Positions 1 through 10,557 of a DNA stretch of 64,000 nt are shown here, piece after piece. Location of the stretch: positions 160,001-224,000 of the forward strand of contig JAZDKB010000018.1 in NCBI GenBank assembly GCA_043803405.1. The letters run 5' to 3'. This DNA comes from Spirochaetota bacterium. Lineage in GTDB: Bacteria; Spirochaetota; UBA4802; JAFGDQ01. How positions within the stretch are numbered: the first letter of the stretch is position 1; each line of letters opens with the position of its first letter. The position numbers were made by a program, and so were the translations under genes. A model generated the notes under the pieces. That model had not been told where the DNA came from, searched no databases, and saw nothing but the letters and a program-made list of their open reading frames with translations.

Positions 1-609
1 AAGCGTGTAACCGAAAAGCCCGTGCGCTACTAGCTCAAGTCTTTGCGGCAGGCCCTTGCTGTTAAGTTGCATGATATTTACAGTCCGCGTTAAACCGTAA
101 GAGCTGTCGTATTTGTTTATCTTTGTTTCGCCGCCTTGCGTGATCACATCTATTGTTGTGCCGTCGGCGCAGCCGAAGCGCGCTATGCTTTTTCCGTCCG
201 GCTGCTTCCCGTAAACCGGGCTCCTGGCTTCAGGGGCAAAGTAGATCAGCTTCAGGTCGTCCATTAAAGCTTTTACGAAATCGGAAGACTCAAATGCGGG
301 TATTGCGCGGTTAACAGTAACAGCATTGTTGCCTAAGCTTGCGTCTAAGAGCACCAGCCCTTCCACGCTCATCATCACAGCGCGTATCGATCTTTGCGCA
401 GGATCGACACTCGTCACGCCGATGAGCAAAAGCCTGTCCCCGTTTGGAAGCTCTGCCTTAATTGAATGAGTAAGCTGATATTTATCTTTCAGATAAAAAC
501 CTGCGGCCATATGCTCTTTGTACCGGCCCGGATGTTCAATTACTGGAAGGCTTTTACACGAGAGAAAAAGAACCGCTGCTGCAAATAATAAAAACGCGTA
601 TTTTTTCAT
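1..609 (-). CDS. Putative lipoprotein, DUF3261-like (3' end runs off the window)
   Basis: Not in the ORF track because it is open at the window edge. ATG at 609 overlaps the TGA of the upstream gene (ATGA). Translates MKKYAFLLFAAAVLFLSCKSLPVIEH...QLTHSIKAELPNGDRLLLIGVTSVD...; lipobox FLSC. Family inferred from sequence character and its position after a LolA-like gene in a fatty-acid cluster. Confidence 0.6.
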   Translation of the reverse strand, partial: MKKYAFLLFAAAVLFLSCKSLPVIEHPGRYKEHMAAGFYLKDKYQLTHSIKAELPNGDRLLLIGVTSVDPAQRSIRAVMMSVEGLVLLDASLGNNAVTVNRAIPAFESSDFVKALMDDLKLIYFAPEARSPVYGKQPDGKSIARFGCADGTTIDVITQGGETKINKYDSSYGLTRTVNIMQLNSKGLPQRLELVAHGLFGYTL

Positions 610-1220
610 TCAGGATTCCGGTACAGTCTTTCATCAATATTTTTATTGTGCTCAATTGCGCTGAATTTTATCAGAGTGTACGAGTCGCCGGACTCGCTTA
701 TCTTAACGCTTTTAACAACGCCCTCGGTCCTTGAAACAGCAAGCTCTATGCTGCTTATAATGCCTGCGAAAGTTTTATCCCTCGGAGTAAGTATAATCCT
801 GTCAACCGCGCCTTTGCTTAAGGTTGCCTTAAAATTCGGGTCATCATGGAAGCGGCCTGCAAGCCACGAAGTGATCTCCTGCATAACGATTTCCATTGCC
901 TGTGCCTTTGCACGTGTGTCTTCGGTCAGACCGTTCCTGCCTTCAATGTAGCTCTTGACCCTGCCGTTATGCGATAGCAGAATGCTTTTTACAGGTGTAA
1001 CATATTCCCATCTCAGCGACTTTGGAGCACTGAAAAAGAACCTGCCTTCGGACACAAGCGGCTTAACGAGTATCTTCATGTGTTTTTCCTGTGTGAATTT
1101 CGCGCTTACTGTTTTTATTGCTTTCGCGACCTTGCCGATTTCCTCCCAGTCATCGGTATACGCGACCGAAGCATTAAAACATAAAAAAATTATTAGTATG
1201 ATAATTGTCTTTTTGTTCAT
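606..1220 (-). CDS. LolA-like periplasmic carrier protein
   Basis: Signal peptide from MNKKTIII (start 1220 preferred over 1259); SAKFTQEK..SEGRFFFSAPKSLRWEY matches the LolA-family pattern. Confidence 0.8.
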   Translation of the reverse strand: MNKKTIIILIIFLCFNASVAYTDDWEEIGKVAKAIKTVSAKFTQEKHMKILVKPLVSEGRFFFSAPKSLRWEYVTPVKSILLSHNGRVKSYIEGRNGLTEDTRAKAQAMEIVMQEITSWLAGRFHDDPNFKATLSKGAVDRIILTPRDKTFAGIISSIELAVSRTEGVVKSVKISESGDSYTLIKFSAIEHNKNIDERLYRNPE

Positions 1221-1289
1221 GATCGTTCCTGTACGAAATTTTCTTTGGAAGATATACATTCTTTATATTTTATTATTATTTGCTAAGTT

Positions 1290-1349
1290 AAATCCACCCT
1301 GACCCCCTTTCATTAAAGGGGGTGGCGAGCAAAGCGAGCCGGGGGATTT
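1290..1349. repeat. REP-like nested palindrome (AATCCnCCC..ACCCCCTTT/AAAGGGGGT..GGGGGATT)
   Basis: Nested inverted repeats read directly; a related copy lies at 19536-19575. Confidence 0.65.
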
Positions 1350-1390
1350 TCTTGCACTCATAGAAATAGCATTCCCCCCCAAATAAATTT

Positions 1391-2119
1391 TCAGAACATG
1401 CCGCCGTTCACGGAAATGACCTGACCAGTAATATACGAGGCATCGTCAGAGCAGAGAAAACGCACCACTTTTGCCACTTCCTCAGGTTTGCCTATCCTGT
1501 TCATAGGTATCATTTGCTTGATCATGTCCTTAGGCGCGTCCTTTATCATTTCAGTGTCAATGAGCCCCGGCGCGACCACATTGAGCCGTATCCCGAGACG
1601 CGCAACTTCAGTAGCGATCGATCTTGTCGCGGCAATTACCGCAGCTTTTACAGCAGAATAGTTGGACTGCCCGCGGTTGCCTATAAGCGCGGATACGGAC
1701 GCTATTGTAACAACAGAGCCTCTGTGCTTGGGCACCATCTTCTGCAGAATAGGTCTTGTAATATTATAAAATCCTTTTATTGTAACGTCAATGAGCGAAT
1801 CCCAGTCCTCTTTCTTGTGCATCAGGAAAAGCCCGTCCGCAGTAATGCCCGCGTTGTTGACAAGAACGCTCACGTATTTAAAACGCGAGATAATATCCTT
1901 TACGCATTCCTGTGTCTTTTCATAATCCGCAACATCGAATTTCATTATTTCGCCAGCGCCGTTATTGGCTTTTATCATTTCAAGAGTCTGTGCTGCTGCT
2001 TCGTCATTGGACCTGTAATTTACAATTACATAATAACCGTGCGCAGCAAGCTCAACACAAATCGCCCGGCCAATGCCGCGGCTTCCTCCTGTGACAACCG
2101 CTATTTGCTGCTCGCTCAT
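1391..2119 (-). CDS. fabG: 3-oxoacyl-ACP reductase (SDR)
   Basis: TGGSRGIG, NNAG, YSAVK (YxxxK), NVVAPGLIDT and C-terminal ISVNGGM. Confidence 0.9.
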   Translation of the reverse strand: MSEQQIAVVTGGSRGIGRAICVELAAHGYYVIVNYRSNDEAAAQTLEMIKANNGAGEIMKFDVADYEKTQECVKDIISRFKYVSVLVNNAGITADGLFLMHKKEDWDSLIDVTIKGFYNITRPILQKMVPKHRGSVVTIASVSALIGNRGQSNYSAVKAAVIAATRSIATEVARLGIRLNVVAPGLIDTEMIKDAPKDMIKQMIPMNRIGKPEEVAKVVRFLCSDDASYITGQVISVNGGMF

Positions 2120-2161
2120 TCTTTACTCCTTATTCTTTACGCTATATTCCCTGGATAATTG

Positions 2162-2238
2162 GCCACAGAGGCGCGGAGGCACAGAGAATTCTTTTTTAAA
2201 AATAATATTTTATCTCTGTGTCTTAGTGTCTCTGTGGC
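2162..2238. repeat. CACAGAG-type intergenic inverted repeat
   Basis: gccacagag-gcgcggag-gcacagaga ... tctctgtg-tcttagtg-tctctgtggc; imperfect ~25-bp arms around an AT-rich spacer. Confidence 0.7.
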
Positions 2239-2313
2239 ATTCTTTTAATTCAGTTCCCATGGAATTATGATTTTTATCTGGTAATAATGATTTATAAAAA
2301 AAATAATCTTGTC

Positions 2314-2736
2314 TTACACAGGGCTGAAAACCTGCAGAACTACTTTGCAAAGTATTTCACTGTTTGATGCGTTCTCAACACTGCCTTCAAAAACAGCATA
2401 GTTCTCGTCATCAAAACGCGGCGCAACCCTTATTAATAGCCGCGTGCCGAGAGCAATTTCCCCAGCAAAAAAATCAGCCTGCTTAACGCCTACTATCCAT
2501 CCGAAAACTCCCTTGCCTGTTTCCTTTAATTTTTTACATCCTATTGCAATGCCTGTGCTTTGCGCGACAAGCTCAACCATAATAATCGGATTGACGGAGT
2601 TATCATTAAACAAAGGCCATTTCTCTGAAACAACGGATTCCGTAACAGCGCGCTTTCCTTCAACCTCAACTATTCTGTCTAACAGTTTCAGCCTGTCGCG
2701 GTGTGGAAGTATGTCTTCAATAGCTACATCGATCAT
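2314..2736 (-). CDS. FabZ-like hotdog-fold 3-hydroxyacyl-ACP dehydratase (ApeP-like)
   Basis: ILPHRDRLKLLDRI and VELVAQS motifs; GWIVGVK strand; lies upstream of fabG. Confidence 0.8.
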   Translation of the reverse strand: MIDVAIEDILPHRDRLKLLDRIVEVEGKRAVTESVVSEKWPLFNDNSVNPIIMVELVAQSTGIAIGCKKLKETGKGVFGWIVGVKQADFFAGEIALGTRLLIRVAPRFDDENYAVFEGSVENASNSEILCKVVLQVFSPV

Positions 2737-2994
2737 ATAATTTTATTTTTTCTTACTGGTAAAAAAATTTGAATTATCTTCGAACCCGGTTAAAAGATGC
2801 TTTGATTCGTTTGTCTTATACAACAGACTGCGATTTTGTCTGCTGAGATTGATTCTAAATACAGGTATTTCATTGACCAAGTCAAGATAAAAAACATTCT
2901 CCAACAGGCCACTGTTCATTAGTTATTGACTTTTCTGAATTAATAGATTTATTATTGATAATGATTAAATCAATTTTTTCCGGAGGAATTTAAA

Positions 2995-4413
2995 GTGGGC
3001 ATTAAAAAAGGAATAAATAAAAAGCAAAATATCTCAAAAGATCTTATTCAGATACGCAATCAGATTAATAAACAGAGAGATTTTTTTAATACAGGCTCCA
3101 CTAAAGAAATATCATTTCGTATAGAACAGCTTAAAAAATTAAAAAGCGCGCTTAAAAAATACGAACCTGAAATAATGCAGGCATTGTATAAAGACCTTAG
3201 AAAATCAGACTTCGAATCTTATCTAACCGAACTGGGTGTTCTTTACTCAGGGATAGATTACGCACTGGCAAATATAAAAAAGTGGGCAAAGCCTAAAAGA
3301 GCCAAAACGCCGTTTTCGCTGCGTCCTGCGCGAAGCCGGACAGTAGCCGAGCCATACGGCAGCGTGCTCATAATAGGGCCGTGGAATTATCCTCTTCAGC
3401 TTGTTGTGGCTCCTTTGATCGACGCGATCGCGGCAGGCAATTGCGCAGTAGTAAAACCCTCTTCACTCGCGCATTATACGTCGGAAGTAATCGTAAAAAT
3501 CATTTCGGAAACATTTGATCCGGCGTATATTTACGCAGTTAAAGGAGGAACGGAAAGAACGCCGTTTTTAATTACTGAAAAATTCGACTACATCTTTTTT
3601 ACAGGCGGGACTGAAACAGGCAGAACAATTATGCAGGCAGCAGCAAAGGAGCTGACGCCTGTAACCCTTGAGCTTGGCGGCAAAAGCCCTGCAATCGTAA
3701 GCAGCGATGCCGCAATCGACATGGCAGCAAAAAAGATCACGTGGGGAAAATTCGTCAACGCGGGGCAGACATGCATTGCGCCGGATTATGTACTGGCACA
3801 TAAAGATATAAGCGAAAAACTGGTCTCAGGAATTAAGCATTATGTGGAAATATTCTACGGCAAAGACCCGAAGCAAAGCCCGGATTTTGCGCGCATTATA
3901 AGCCCGGGACATTTTAAAAGGATAAGCAATCTTTTAAAAAAAGCGGATATTGTTTTCGGCGGTCGTACAGACGAAAAAGAGCTATATATATCCCCTACTG
4001 TAGCAAAGAATATTTCGCTGAAGCATCCTTTGATGCTGGAAGAGATATTCGGGCCTGTGCTGCCTGTGCTGGAATTCAGCGATATTAACGAAGCGATATC
4101 GACTGTTAAATCCATGCCAAAACCGCTGGCCCTTTATCTTTTTACTTCGGGTAAGAATATAGAGCAGAGAATCAGCAATGAAATATCCTGCGGAGGTATG
4201 GTGATAAACGACACCTTGCTTCATGTCGCGAACCATCATCTGCCTTTCGGGGGAGTTGGTTTCAGCGGGATAGGCCAGTATCACGGCAAAGCGGGCTTTG
4301 ATACCTTTTCGCACATAAAAGCTGTAATGAAAAGCCCGCGGAGCATTGATCTACCGCTTCGTTATCCGCCATATAAAAATAAAATTAAATTTTTAAAGTG
4401 TTTATTCGGATAA
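2995..4413 (+). CDS. Aldehyde dehydrogenase (ALDH3/YwdH-like)
   Basis: PWNYP, FTGG, LELGGKSP, NAGQTCIAPDY, EEIFGP, PFGGVG; GTG start with a GGAGG RBS. Confidence 0.93.
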   Translation: MGIKKGINKKQNISKDLIQIRNQINKQRDFFNTGSTKEISFRIEQLKKLKSALKKYEPEIMQALYKDLRKSDFESYLTELGVLYSGIDYALANIKKWAKPKRAKTPFSLRPARSRTVAEPYGSVLIIGPWNYPLQLVVAPLIDAIAAGNCAVVKPSSLAHYTSEVIVKIISETFDPAYIYAVKGGTERTPFLITEKFDYIFFTGGTETGRTIMQAAAKELTPVTLELGGKSPAIVSSDAAIDMAAKKITWGKFVNAGQTCIAPDYVLAHKDISEKLVSGIKHYVEIFYGKDPKQSPDFARIISPGHFKRISNLLKKADIVFGGRTDEKELYISPTVAKNISLKHPLMLEEIFGPVLPVLEFSDINEAISTVKSMPKPLALYLFTSGKNIEQRISNEISCGGMVINDTLLHVANHHLPFGGVGFSGIGQYHGKAGFDTFSHIKAVMKSPRSIDLPLRYPPYKNKIKFLKCLFG

Positions 4414-4489
4414 AGAAATAAAGGATTATCAGGCAGATTGAATACTTTTCAAAATTCTGCGGCAGAATCATCCGGTACGGCTTCCCTTC

Positions 4490-5854
4490 CTACCATGAAT
4501 ACATCAACTCAGCCTCAACCTGGTCATTTTTCGAGTATCTTCCGAACACCGATTGCGGAGGCCCATCCAGAATGATTGCTGTAATGCCAGCTTTCCATGC
4601 ATCAGTAAAAATATACCTGATATTCGCCTTTGCCATGCTAGCTCCGTGTTCAGGGTTATACGCAATGCTTGCATTCGTTTCCACCTTCTGGTTCATCCAT
4701 GTTACCTTGATGTTAGCCCAGAGAATTGTCTCCACTTTCCTTTCGTAAAAATTTTCAGGTCTGTCCGGAATTACAGTCTGCTGTGCCTGTATTATAAGAG
4801 TAACGTCTTCGAACAACCTGTAGTCCGCGCCGATTCCATAGTCCAGCACGTCGGTCTTATACCCGATGGTGTTCAGAGGATAAACACCGGGTGAAGTAGT
4901 CGTAGGATACCCCCAGAGCTCCCTGCGTATATTATAATACCTGTTCATGATATAAGCAGCCTCAGCCCGCAGGCTCCAGTCTCCCATCACTGCGGCTCCA
5001 TCTAATCCGATCGAAGTGATCCTGCGGAAGTCCGGTACATAGCCGGGATCGATCTTTATTATATCGGTTTGTGGAATAATTTTAAGCGAGGTTGTTTTGA
5101 ATACAGGACGCGGATCATAACCGCGGTACAGGTTAAGTGCCCATTCGATGTCGCCTGTGCGTTTTACTCTCATGCCGATATTGCTGTTCCCGATTCTACG
5201 CTGGGGTAAGTCGGGCTCGCCCGGGACGATCTCTGTGCCCGGGATCTGCAGGAACGCTGTGTTTGATATGCCCGACCAGCGCTCATCCGGCATGGAGAGG
5301 CGATAGGGTACCAGCACCGGTATCCATACCATATCGCATGTCCATTTATCTATCAGCATGCTCGCAGACATGGAAGGAACGCCGATTTTCCGGTCTTCGA
5401 GCGGTTTTCTAAGAAACTGGGTATAATCACAGGGATTCAGCATGTCATTCGGCGGGAATTCGTCGAGCCTGCCCCATGCAAAGCGCTGGATGCCTGCCCT
5501 GAGATCGAGTGCAGCAGAAGAATATTGCAAATAGAACTCTTTAAATTCAAGATAGGGGGTATTACTCTGGTACACGTCGCTATAGTTCTTAAATAGCTTT
5601 TTATCACGCGCAGGCCGTTTCACGCTCCCGTCCCATCCGCCTTCGAGCCATGAATGAAACTTCCATGACAGATCGCTTACATCAAGTTTGACGCGTCCTG
5701 CAGCACCAGGATATTCTTTCACATTGTCGCTGTCCGAAGCCTCAACTCCGCGCAAATTCAGATTGCCGGAAACAGTGTATATGTCGTCGGCGTATATTGA
5801 TTGAGAGATGAATATAATGTATATTAAGATGAATGCCAGTTTTATCATAAACAC
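4490..5854 (-). CDS. Outer-membrane beta-barrel protein (DUF1302-like)
   Basis: Signal peptide; LRAGIQRFAWG motif; amphipathic strands; C-terminal ELMYSW barrel signal; last gene of an operon with a LolA-like gene. Confidence 0.7.
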   Translation of the reverse strand: MFMIKLAFILIYIIFISQSIYADDIYTVSGNLNLRGVEASDSDNVKEYPGAAGRVKLDVSDLSWKFHSWLEGGWDGSVKRPARDKKLFKNYSDVYQSNTPYLEFKEFYLQYSSAALDLRAGIQRFAWGRLDEFPPNDMLNPCDYTQFLRKPLEDRKIGVPSMSASMLIDKWTCDMVWIPVLVPYRLSMPDERWSGISNTAFLQIPGTEIVPGEPDLPQRRIGNSNIGMRVKRTGDIEWALNLYRGYDPRPVFKTTSLKIIPQTDIIKIDPGYVPDFRRITSIGLDGAAVMGDWSLRAEAAYIMNRYYNIRRELWGYPTTTSPGVYPLNTIGYKTDVLDYGIGADYRLFEDVTLIIQAQQTVIPDRPENFYERKVETILWANIKVTWMNQKVETNASIAYNPEHGASMAKANIRYIFTDAWKAGITAIILDGPPQSVFGRYSKNDQVEAELMYSW

Positions 5855-5914
5855 ATTAGTACACCGTCACATTTGAAATTGTGGATGTAAGAATATTTTT
5901 AAATCTGTCTTTGT

Positions 5915-6709
5915 TTATTTCCCAGCCCTTTCCAGCGACCGCTGTGTGAAAAGATCATCTGAATAATGTGTATGATATTGAACTTTGTCGAGAGTGAGTT
6001 CAGTCCTGTGCTTTGTCTTCCTGTTTTCCATCTCCATCCAGAATGGAGTTGGAATTCCGTCAATGATCCTTACATCTTTGAATACGCCGGCTCTGTAAAT
6101 ATCATTATCCTTGTAGTATTCAATCTTAAAATGAATCCACAGATCTTTTGCCACCCATGCAATGTACTTGGTAAATTTTCTGCGAACCTTCGGAGTCACC
6201 TCGACAACATAGCAGGGTTTCCCGTCAATGGTATCTTCTTTCAGAATGCTGAACTTGTAATCGTTCAGGTTAGGCGGGCCGCCGAAATCATCATAGGAAA
6301 AATCGGATCCGAAGAACGAGTCGTCCTGCGAACTGTTCGCTATACGGCGCACACGTTTGAATTCAGGGAAATACGCCCACAGGTCGCGTTCTGAGAACGT
6401 ATGGGCGTGGATCAGGAATCCGACGTTCTTCAGGTCAGGCGGAGTGTTGAATATTACGAGGTTTTTGTATGCCTCAGGGTCGGCCTTTTTGCCGTATTGA
6501 GTAAGAGAGCGCGTACGCTTTCCTCCGCCTTTATCAAAGAGAACCATGGTTGCATCGATCTTATGATCAAGCCACCTGGAGCGCTGCTCATGGAACTTCT
6601 CGTATACCTCCCTGCCGGACATGGCAAAAACAGATGACGGGAACAGAATGATTAAAACAAGTATTCTGCTTAATGTAAAAATGTTTATCATTTTTAATTT
6701 ATTATTCAT
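5915..6709 (-). CDS. Outer-membrane lipoprotein-sorting (LolA-like) protein
   Basis: Start corrected to MNNKLK at 6709, which overlaps the permease stop. WAYFPEFKRVRRI and SFFGSDFSYDD are typical of this family. Confidence 0.8.
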   Translation of the reverse strand: MNNKLKMINIFTLSRILVLIILFPSSVFAMSGREVYEKFHEQRSRWLDHKIDATMVLFDKGGGKRTRSLTQYGKKADPEAYKNLVIFNTPPDLKNVGFLIHAHTFSERDLWAYFPEFKRVRRIANSSQDDSFFGSDFSYDDFGGPPNLNDYKFSILKEDTIDGKPCYVVEVTPKVRRKFTKYIAWVAKDLWIHFKIEYYKDNDIYRAGVFKDVRIIDGIPTPFWMEMENRKTKHRTELTLDKVQYHTHYSDDLFTQRSLERAGK

Positions 6710-9293
6710 AGGAAAGTGCCTCCACAATATTGGTCTTTGCTGCCCGCCGGGCAGGGTAAAGCCCTGCCAGCACAGAAAGCCCGACAGAAAGTATAATGGC
6801 CGCAAATAATGCAGGATAAAACAGATTATACTTCATACTTGCACCAAAGGCAGCCTGGTAAAACCCGTCAAATATTATCCAGCCGGTCAATATTCCAACC
6901 ACTGTGCCCATCAGCCCTCCTGTAAGACCTATAACCGCGGACTCAATAAGAATGATTCTCGACACCTGGCTTCTCTTCATACCTATGGATCGAAGTATGC
7001 CTATCTCCCGTGTTCGTTCCATAACAGATGCGAGAAGCGCGATAACTATGCCGAAACCTGCAATGATTAAAGTAAGTATGTTCACTGCATTAAACAGAGC
7101 AAAAAAGCTGTCTAACATTTTATGTACTTCTGCCCTGAATTCTACACCTGAAAGTACAAATAGCTTCCTTCCCTTGCCGAATTGTTCCAGGATGGCCTCT
7201 TTTACTTTAACCAGATCTCCGGGAGATTTTACACGCACTTCATAGGTATCTACCAGATTGTCTTTCCAGTGTTTTTTATAAGTGGACGTATCCATATATA
7301 TACTGCCAAACTCAGACGAGTAATCTGCAATTATGGCAGCTACGCTGAAACGAATCGGGCTGATAGGGGTTGGAAGTATAATTGTATCTCCCGGCTTTAT
7401 GTGATACCTTGTAGCAAAACTTTCGTTCACTGTAAGGTTATCCTTACCCGGTAGAAGCCGCAGTACGTCTTCCCTTCTGCCTTCCGCGATCATAAGAGGA
7501 CAGTATCCCATCCTCATGGCCACATCAATGGAGTGCAGAATAATCCTGCTACCCTTGTAATTTATATTATTCTTACGGAAAGGTTCTACTGTCAGAATTT
7601 TTGGAATCTTCTCAATTTCCTTTAGCATTGCTTCAGACATTGGTACAGTAGGTGCATCGCCTGAAGCCATAAGATGACCTGAGCTTATAAAGATATCTGC
7701 CCGCACTATGGATTCAATCCAGTCAAACACTGACTTTCGAAAGCTGTTTACGATATTAGCAGAACTGACAAAAAGACAGATACTGAAAAAGATGGCTGCA
7801 ACAGCTACAGCATTCCTGGTAAGGCTCTTCTGCAGGTTCATGCCTGCAAGCCTTCCAAGAGATCCGAAAGAAAAAGAAAGGAATGGATGTATCAGCGTTA
7901 AAAACCACTTCAGAAAATACGGACTTAGAAGCGAAATAGCAATCATAAGAAAAAGCGTAGAGAGCCAGACTAAACCTGAGTAATTGGAAGAGGATGAAAT
8001 ATCTGCTATTTTATAGATTCCAATAATAAGAACTGAAAGTAAAAAGAAGAAAGCAGAAATTATCTTTATCCTTCTGGAAAAGAAAAAACCGTCTCCTGAA
8101 TAGGGTAAAGAGCGGATAGCTGAGATAGGTGAAATTTTCGAAATAGAAAAAGCCGGCGCCGCAGCTGAGACAAGACTGACAAATATTCCAATACTGCCGC
8201 CACGTAAGATATCTATCCACGAAATAATAAGTCCATCAACCGAAATCTTAATATATGTCTCGGTCAGGGATTTGGCTACCATTCCAATACTGAGCTTTGC
8301 AAATAAAACACCAAGAACAACTCCAAGCACAGAACCAAGTGCAGAGAACAGAAATGTCTCCCCCAGGAACAACCTTACGATTTCACCCTTTCTGGCTCCG
8401 ATAGCCCTGAGTATCCCTATTTCCTTTCTGCGTTGTACAGTTGATATCGAGACTGCGTTATAGATAAGGTACATTCCAACTATCAGTGCCATTAGGCTAA
8501 AAGCTCTCATAAAATTTCGGTAGCTGCCCAGCAGTATCTCAACCTGCTTTGTCCTGCCTGCAGGGGTGTCAATATTATACCCTTTGGGAAGTGCGTGCTC
8601 AATACGTTCCTTCACTGTATCTATGGTTTCTCCCGGTAGCAAACTCATGTCTATACGATCGATACGATTTTCTTTCCCGAACGCCAGTTGAGCAGCAAAG
8701 ATGTCCATTATAGCAATGTCGCCGCCCGCAGCCTTTGCCGGGCCTTCGGGGTTTAGCAGGCCTCTCACTTTGAACCGCTTTATGCCCTGAACAGTCTGTA
8801 CCTTTATTTCCTGGTCGATTTTAATGCCTTCCCTGTCTGCTAAAGCCTGCGTAATAAGGATAGAATCGCGTTTTGCAAGAAAGAGCAATGGATCAGGAAT
8901 ATCTGCAGATTCGTCCTTTATACTATAACTGCGGACATTGCTGTCCTGCAGTGTGTCGATGCCAAGTATCATAAGCGCGCGCTCGGTGCCGCCGGAAAGG
9001 CTGGTATTTGCTTCTATGACCGGCACCGCGTACTCCACACCCTGAACCTTCTGAACTTTGTCGAGCATTTCTTCCGGGAATCCGGAACCAGCCAGGGTAA
9101 CCTGAAGGCTTGCCCTTCCCATAATCTGATTCATGGATTCCTCAAAGGACTGGAGAACGCTCCTGTTCACGATATCCAGGGAAATCATTGCAGCTACACC
9201 CAGACATATACCGGATATTGCAACTATCAGTTGAGTCTTCTGATGCTTAATATGCTTAAAACTTATATGACGAAGCAGATTTCCAAGGTTCAT
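6702..9293 (-). CDS. ABC transporter permease, duplicated MacB/FtsX-type
   Basis: Two FtsX repeats (QRRKEIGILRAIGA; ERTREIGILRSIGM), two large periplasmic domains, C-terminal YPARRAA. Confidence 0.9.
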   Translation of the reverse strand: MNLGNLLRHISFKHIKHQKTQLIVAISGICLGVAAMISLDIVNRSVLQSFEESMNQIMGRASLQVTLAGSGFPEEMLDKVQKVQGVEYAVPVIEANTSLSGGTERALMILGIDTLQDSNVRSYSIKDESADIPDPLLFLAKRDSILITQALADREGIKIDQEIKVQTVQGIKRFKVRGLLNPEGPAKAAGGDIAIMDIFAAQLAFGKENRIDRIDMSLLPGETIDTVKERIEHALPKGYNIDTPAGRTKQVEILLGSYRNFMRAFSLMALIVGMYLIYNAVSISTVQRRKEIGILRAIGARKGEIVRLFLGETFLFSALGSVLGVVLGVLFAKLSIGMVAKSLTETYIKISVDGLIISWIDILRGGSIGIFVSLVSAAAPAFSISKISPISAIRSLPYSGDGFFFSRRIKIISAFFFLLSVLIIGIYKIADISSSSNYSGLVWLSTLFLMIAISLLSPYFLKWFLTLIHPFLSFSFGSLGRLAGMNLQKSLTRNAVAVAAIFFSICLFVSSANIVNSFRKSVFDWIESIVRADIFISSGHLMASGDAPTVPMSEAMLKEIEKIPKILTVEPFRKNNINYKGSRIILHSIDVAMRMGYCPLMIAEGRREDVLRLLPGKDNLTVNESFATRYHIKPGDTIILPTPISPIRFSVAAIIADYSSEFGSIYMDTSTYKKHWKDNLVDTYEVRVKSPGDLVKVKEAILEQFGKGRKLFVLSGVEFRAEVHKMLDSFFALFNAVNILTLIIAGFGIVIALLASVMERTREIGILRSIGMKRSQVSRIILIESAVIGLTGGLMGTVVGILTGWIIFDGFYQAAFGASMKYNLFYPALFAAIILSVGLSVLAGLYPARRAAKTNIVEALSYE

Positions 9294-9979
9294 TATGCAT
9301 CCTCCCCCAGGGAGATGTCTTTTGACAAAATTCCGTCTTTAAGTGTTATTATGCGTGTGCCATAAGCCGCAGCTTTGGGGTCATGTGTCACCATGACTAT
9401 GGTCTGGCCCTGCTCGTTCAGGGATTTGAGGAGCAGGAATATCTCTTCTCCCGTATGGGAATCGAGGTTGCCGGAGGGTTCGTCTGCAAGCAGCACATCC
9501 GGGTTTGTGATCAGGGCGCGGGCAATGGCTACCCTCTGCATCTCGCCGCCGGAAAGCTGCTCCGGCCTGTGCCCGGTTCGCTCTCCAAGCCCGACCTTCT
9601 GCAGAAGCGCATCAGCTTTCGGTTTTATCTTCGAAAAAGGGACGCTGTCGAGTAGAAGAGGAATGCCGACATTCTCTGCTGCTGTAAGCAGTGGAAGAAG
9701 ATTAAAAAACTGAAAAATAAAGCCTATGCGTTTACGCCTGATGAGCGTAAGCTCGTTGTCGCTTATCCCGTGAAGCCCAACATTATCGATAAAGACCTCG
9801 CCGGATGTCGGCTGATCCAATCCTCCCATCAGATTTAAAAGCGTACTTTTCCCGGAACCGCTCGGCCCCATTATGCTTAAAAACTCGCCTTTTTTAATAG
9901 TTAAGGAAATATTGTTCAGCGCATGAACTTCTTTTTCACCTTGTTTATATGTCTTTGTAGCATTCTTTAATTTAATCAT
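9293..9979 (-). CDS. ABC ATP-binding protein (LolD/MacB-type)
   Basis: [34 protein letters not shown]. Confidence 0.93.
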   Translation of the reverse strand: MIKLKNATKTYKQGEKEVHALNNISLTIKKGEFLSIMGPSGSGKSTLLNLMGGLDQPTSGEVFIDNVGLHGISDNELTLIRRKRIGFIFQFFNLLPLLTAAENVGIPLLLDSVPFSKIKPKADALLQKVGLGERTGHRPEQLSGGEMQRVAIARALITNPDVLLADEPSGNLDSHTGEEIFLLLKSLNEQGQTIVMVTHDPKAAAYGTRIITLKDGILSKDISLGEDA

Positions 9980-9990
9980 ATACTATACTC

Positions 9991-10533
9991 CTATCGCAAA
10001 TTGAATTCGCGAATTTTATTTTCAGAATGAGTCAGCCATTTAATGTCTGCCTCCGCGTGAAACAGGCCTGCGTCCATTAGCAGCTCCGTTACCAGGCCGT
10101 TAAGGCTTTGGCGCTCTTTTTTTAAAGCCACTTTTTTTCGTGTAAGGCGGTTCATTTGCTTCAGATACATTGCTTTCTGTTTTTCGATCAGTTCAAGTAC
10201 AGGCTCAGGATGTTTTTTATCCATAAATACGAGCTTAATAAAAAACTCATCGCGAAGCGCCCGAACTTTACTCACAGGCGTAGTCAGCCATTCATCCAGT
10301 TCCTGGCGTCCTTTCTCCGTAATACTGTAGATCTTTCTATCAGGACGCTTCTCCTGGGATTGCCTGTCATAGGTAACAAGCTCTTCCTTCTCAAGGCGGT
10401 CCAGCGTAGTATATATCTGGCCATAGTTGAGTCTCCAGAAATCACCGACCTTTTCATCAAAGCTGCTTTTTAATTCGTATCCGTGCAGGGCTTTCTCGGC
10501 TAAAATCCCAAGCATAGCAAACTTAATTGACAT
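9991..10533 (-). CDS. PadR-family transcriptional regulator (AphA-like C-terminal helices)
   Basis: HGYELK, GQIYTTLDRLE, RKIYSITEKG. Confidence 0.9.
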   Translation of the reverse strand: MSIKFAMLGILAEKALHGYELKSSFDEKVGDFWRLNYGQIYTTLDRLEKEELVTYDRQSQEKRPDRKIYSITEKGRQELDEWLTTPVSKVRALRDEFFIKLVFMDKKHPEPVLELIEKQKAMYLKQMNRLTRKKVALKKERQSLNGLVTELLMDAGLFHAEADIKWLTHSENKIREFNLR

Positions 10534-10557
10534 TGTTTAAGTCTCCAATGATAATAT

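Noticed and set aside
1514..2158. Long antisense or overlapping ORFs in the track (e.g. 1514-2158, 46012-46683, 13327-13758, 14836-15294)
   Set aside because: They lie opposite well-supported genes and show no RBS or motifs; treated as shadow ORFs.
2904..2912. att-site copy of the tRNA-Trp 3' end (CAGGCCAC)
   Set aside because: An 8-bp match is expected by chance.
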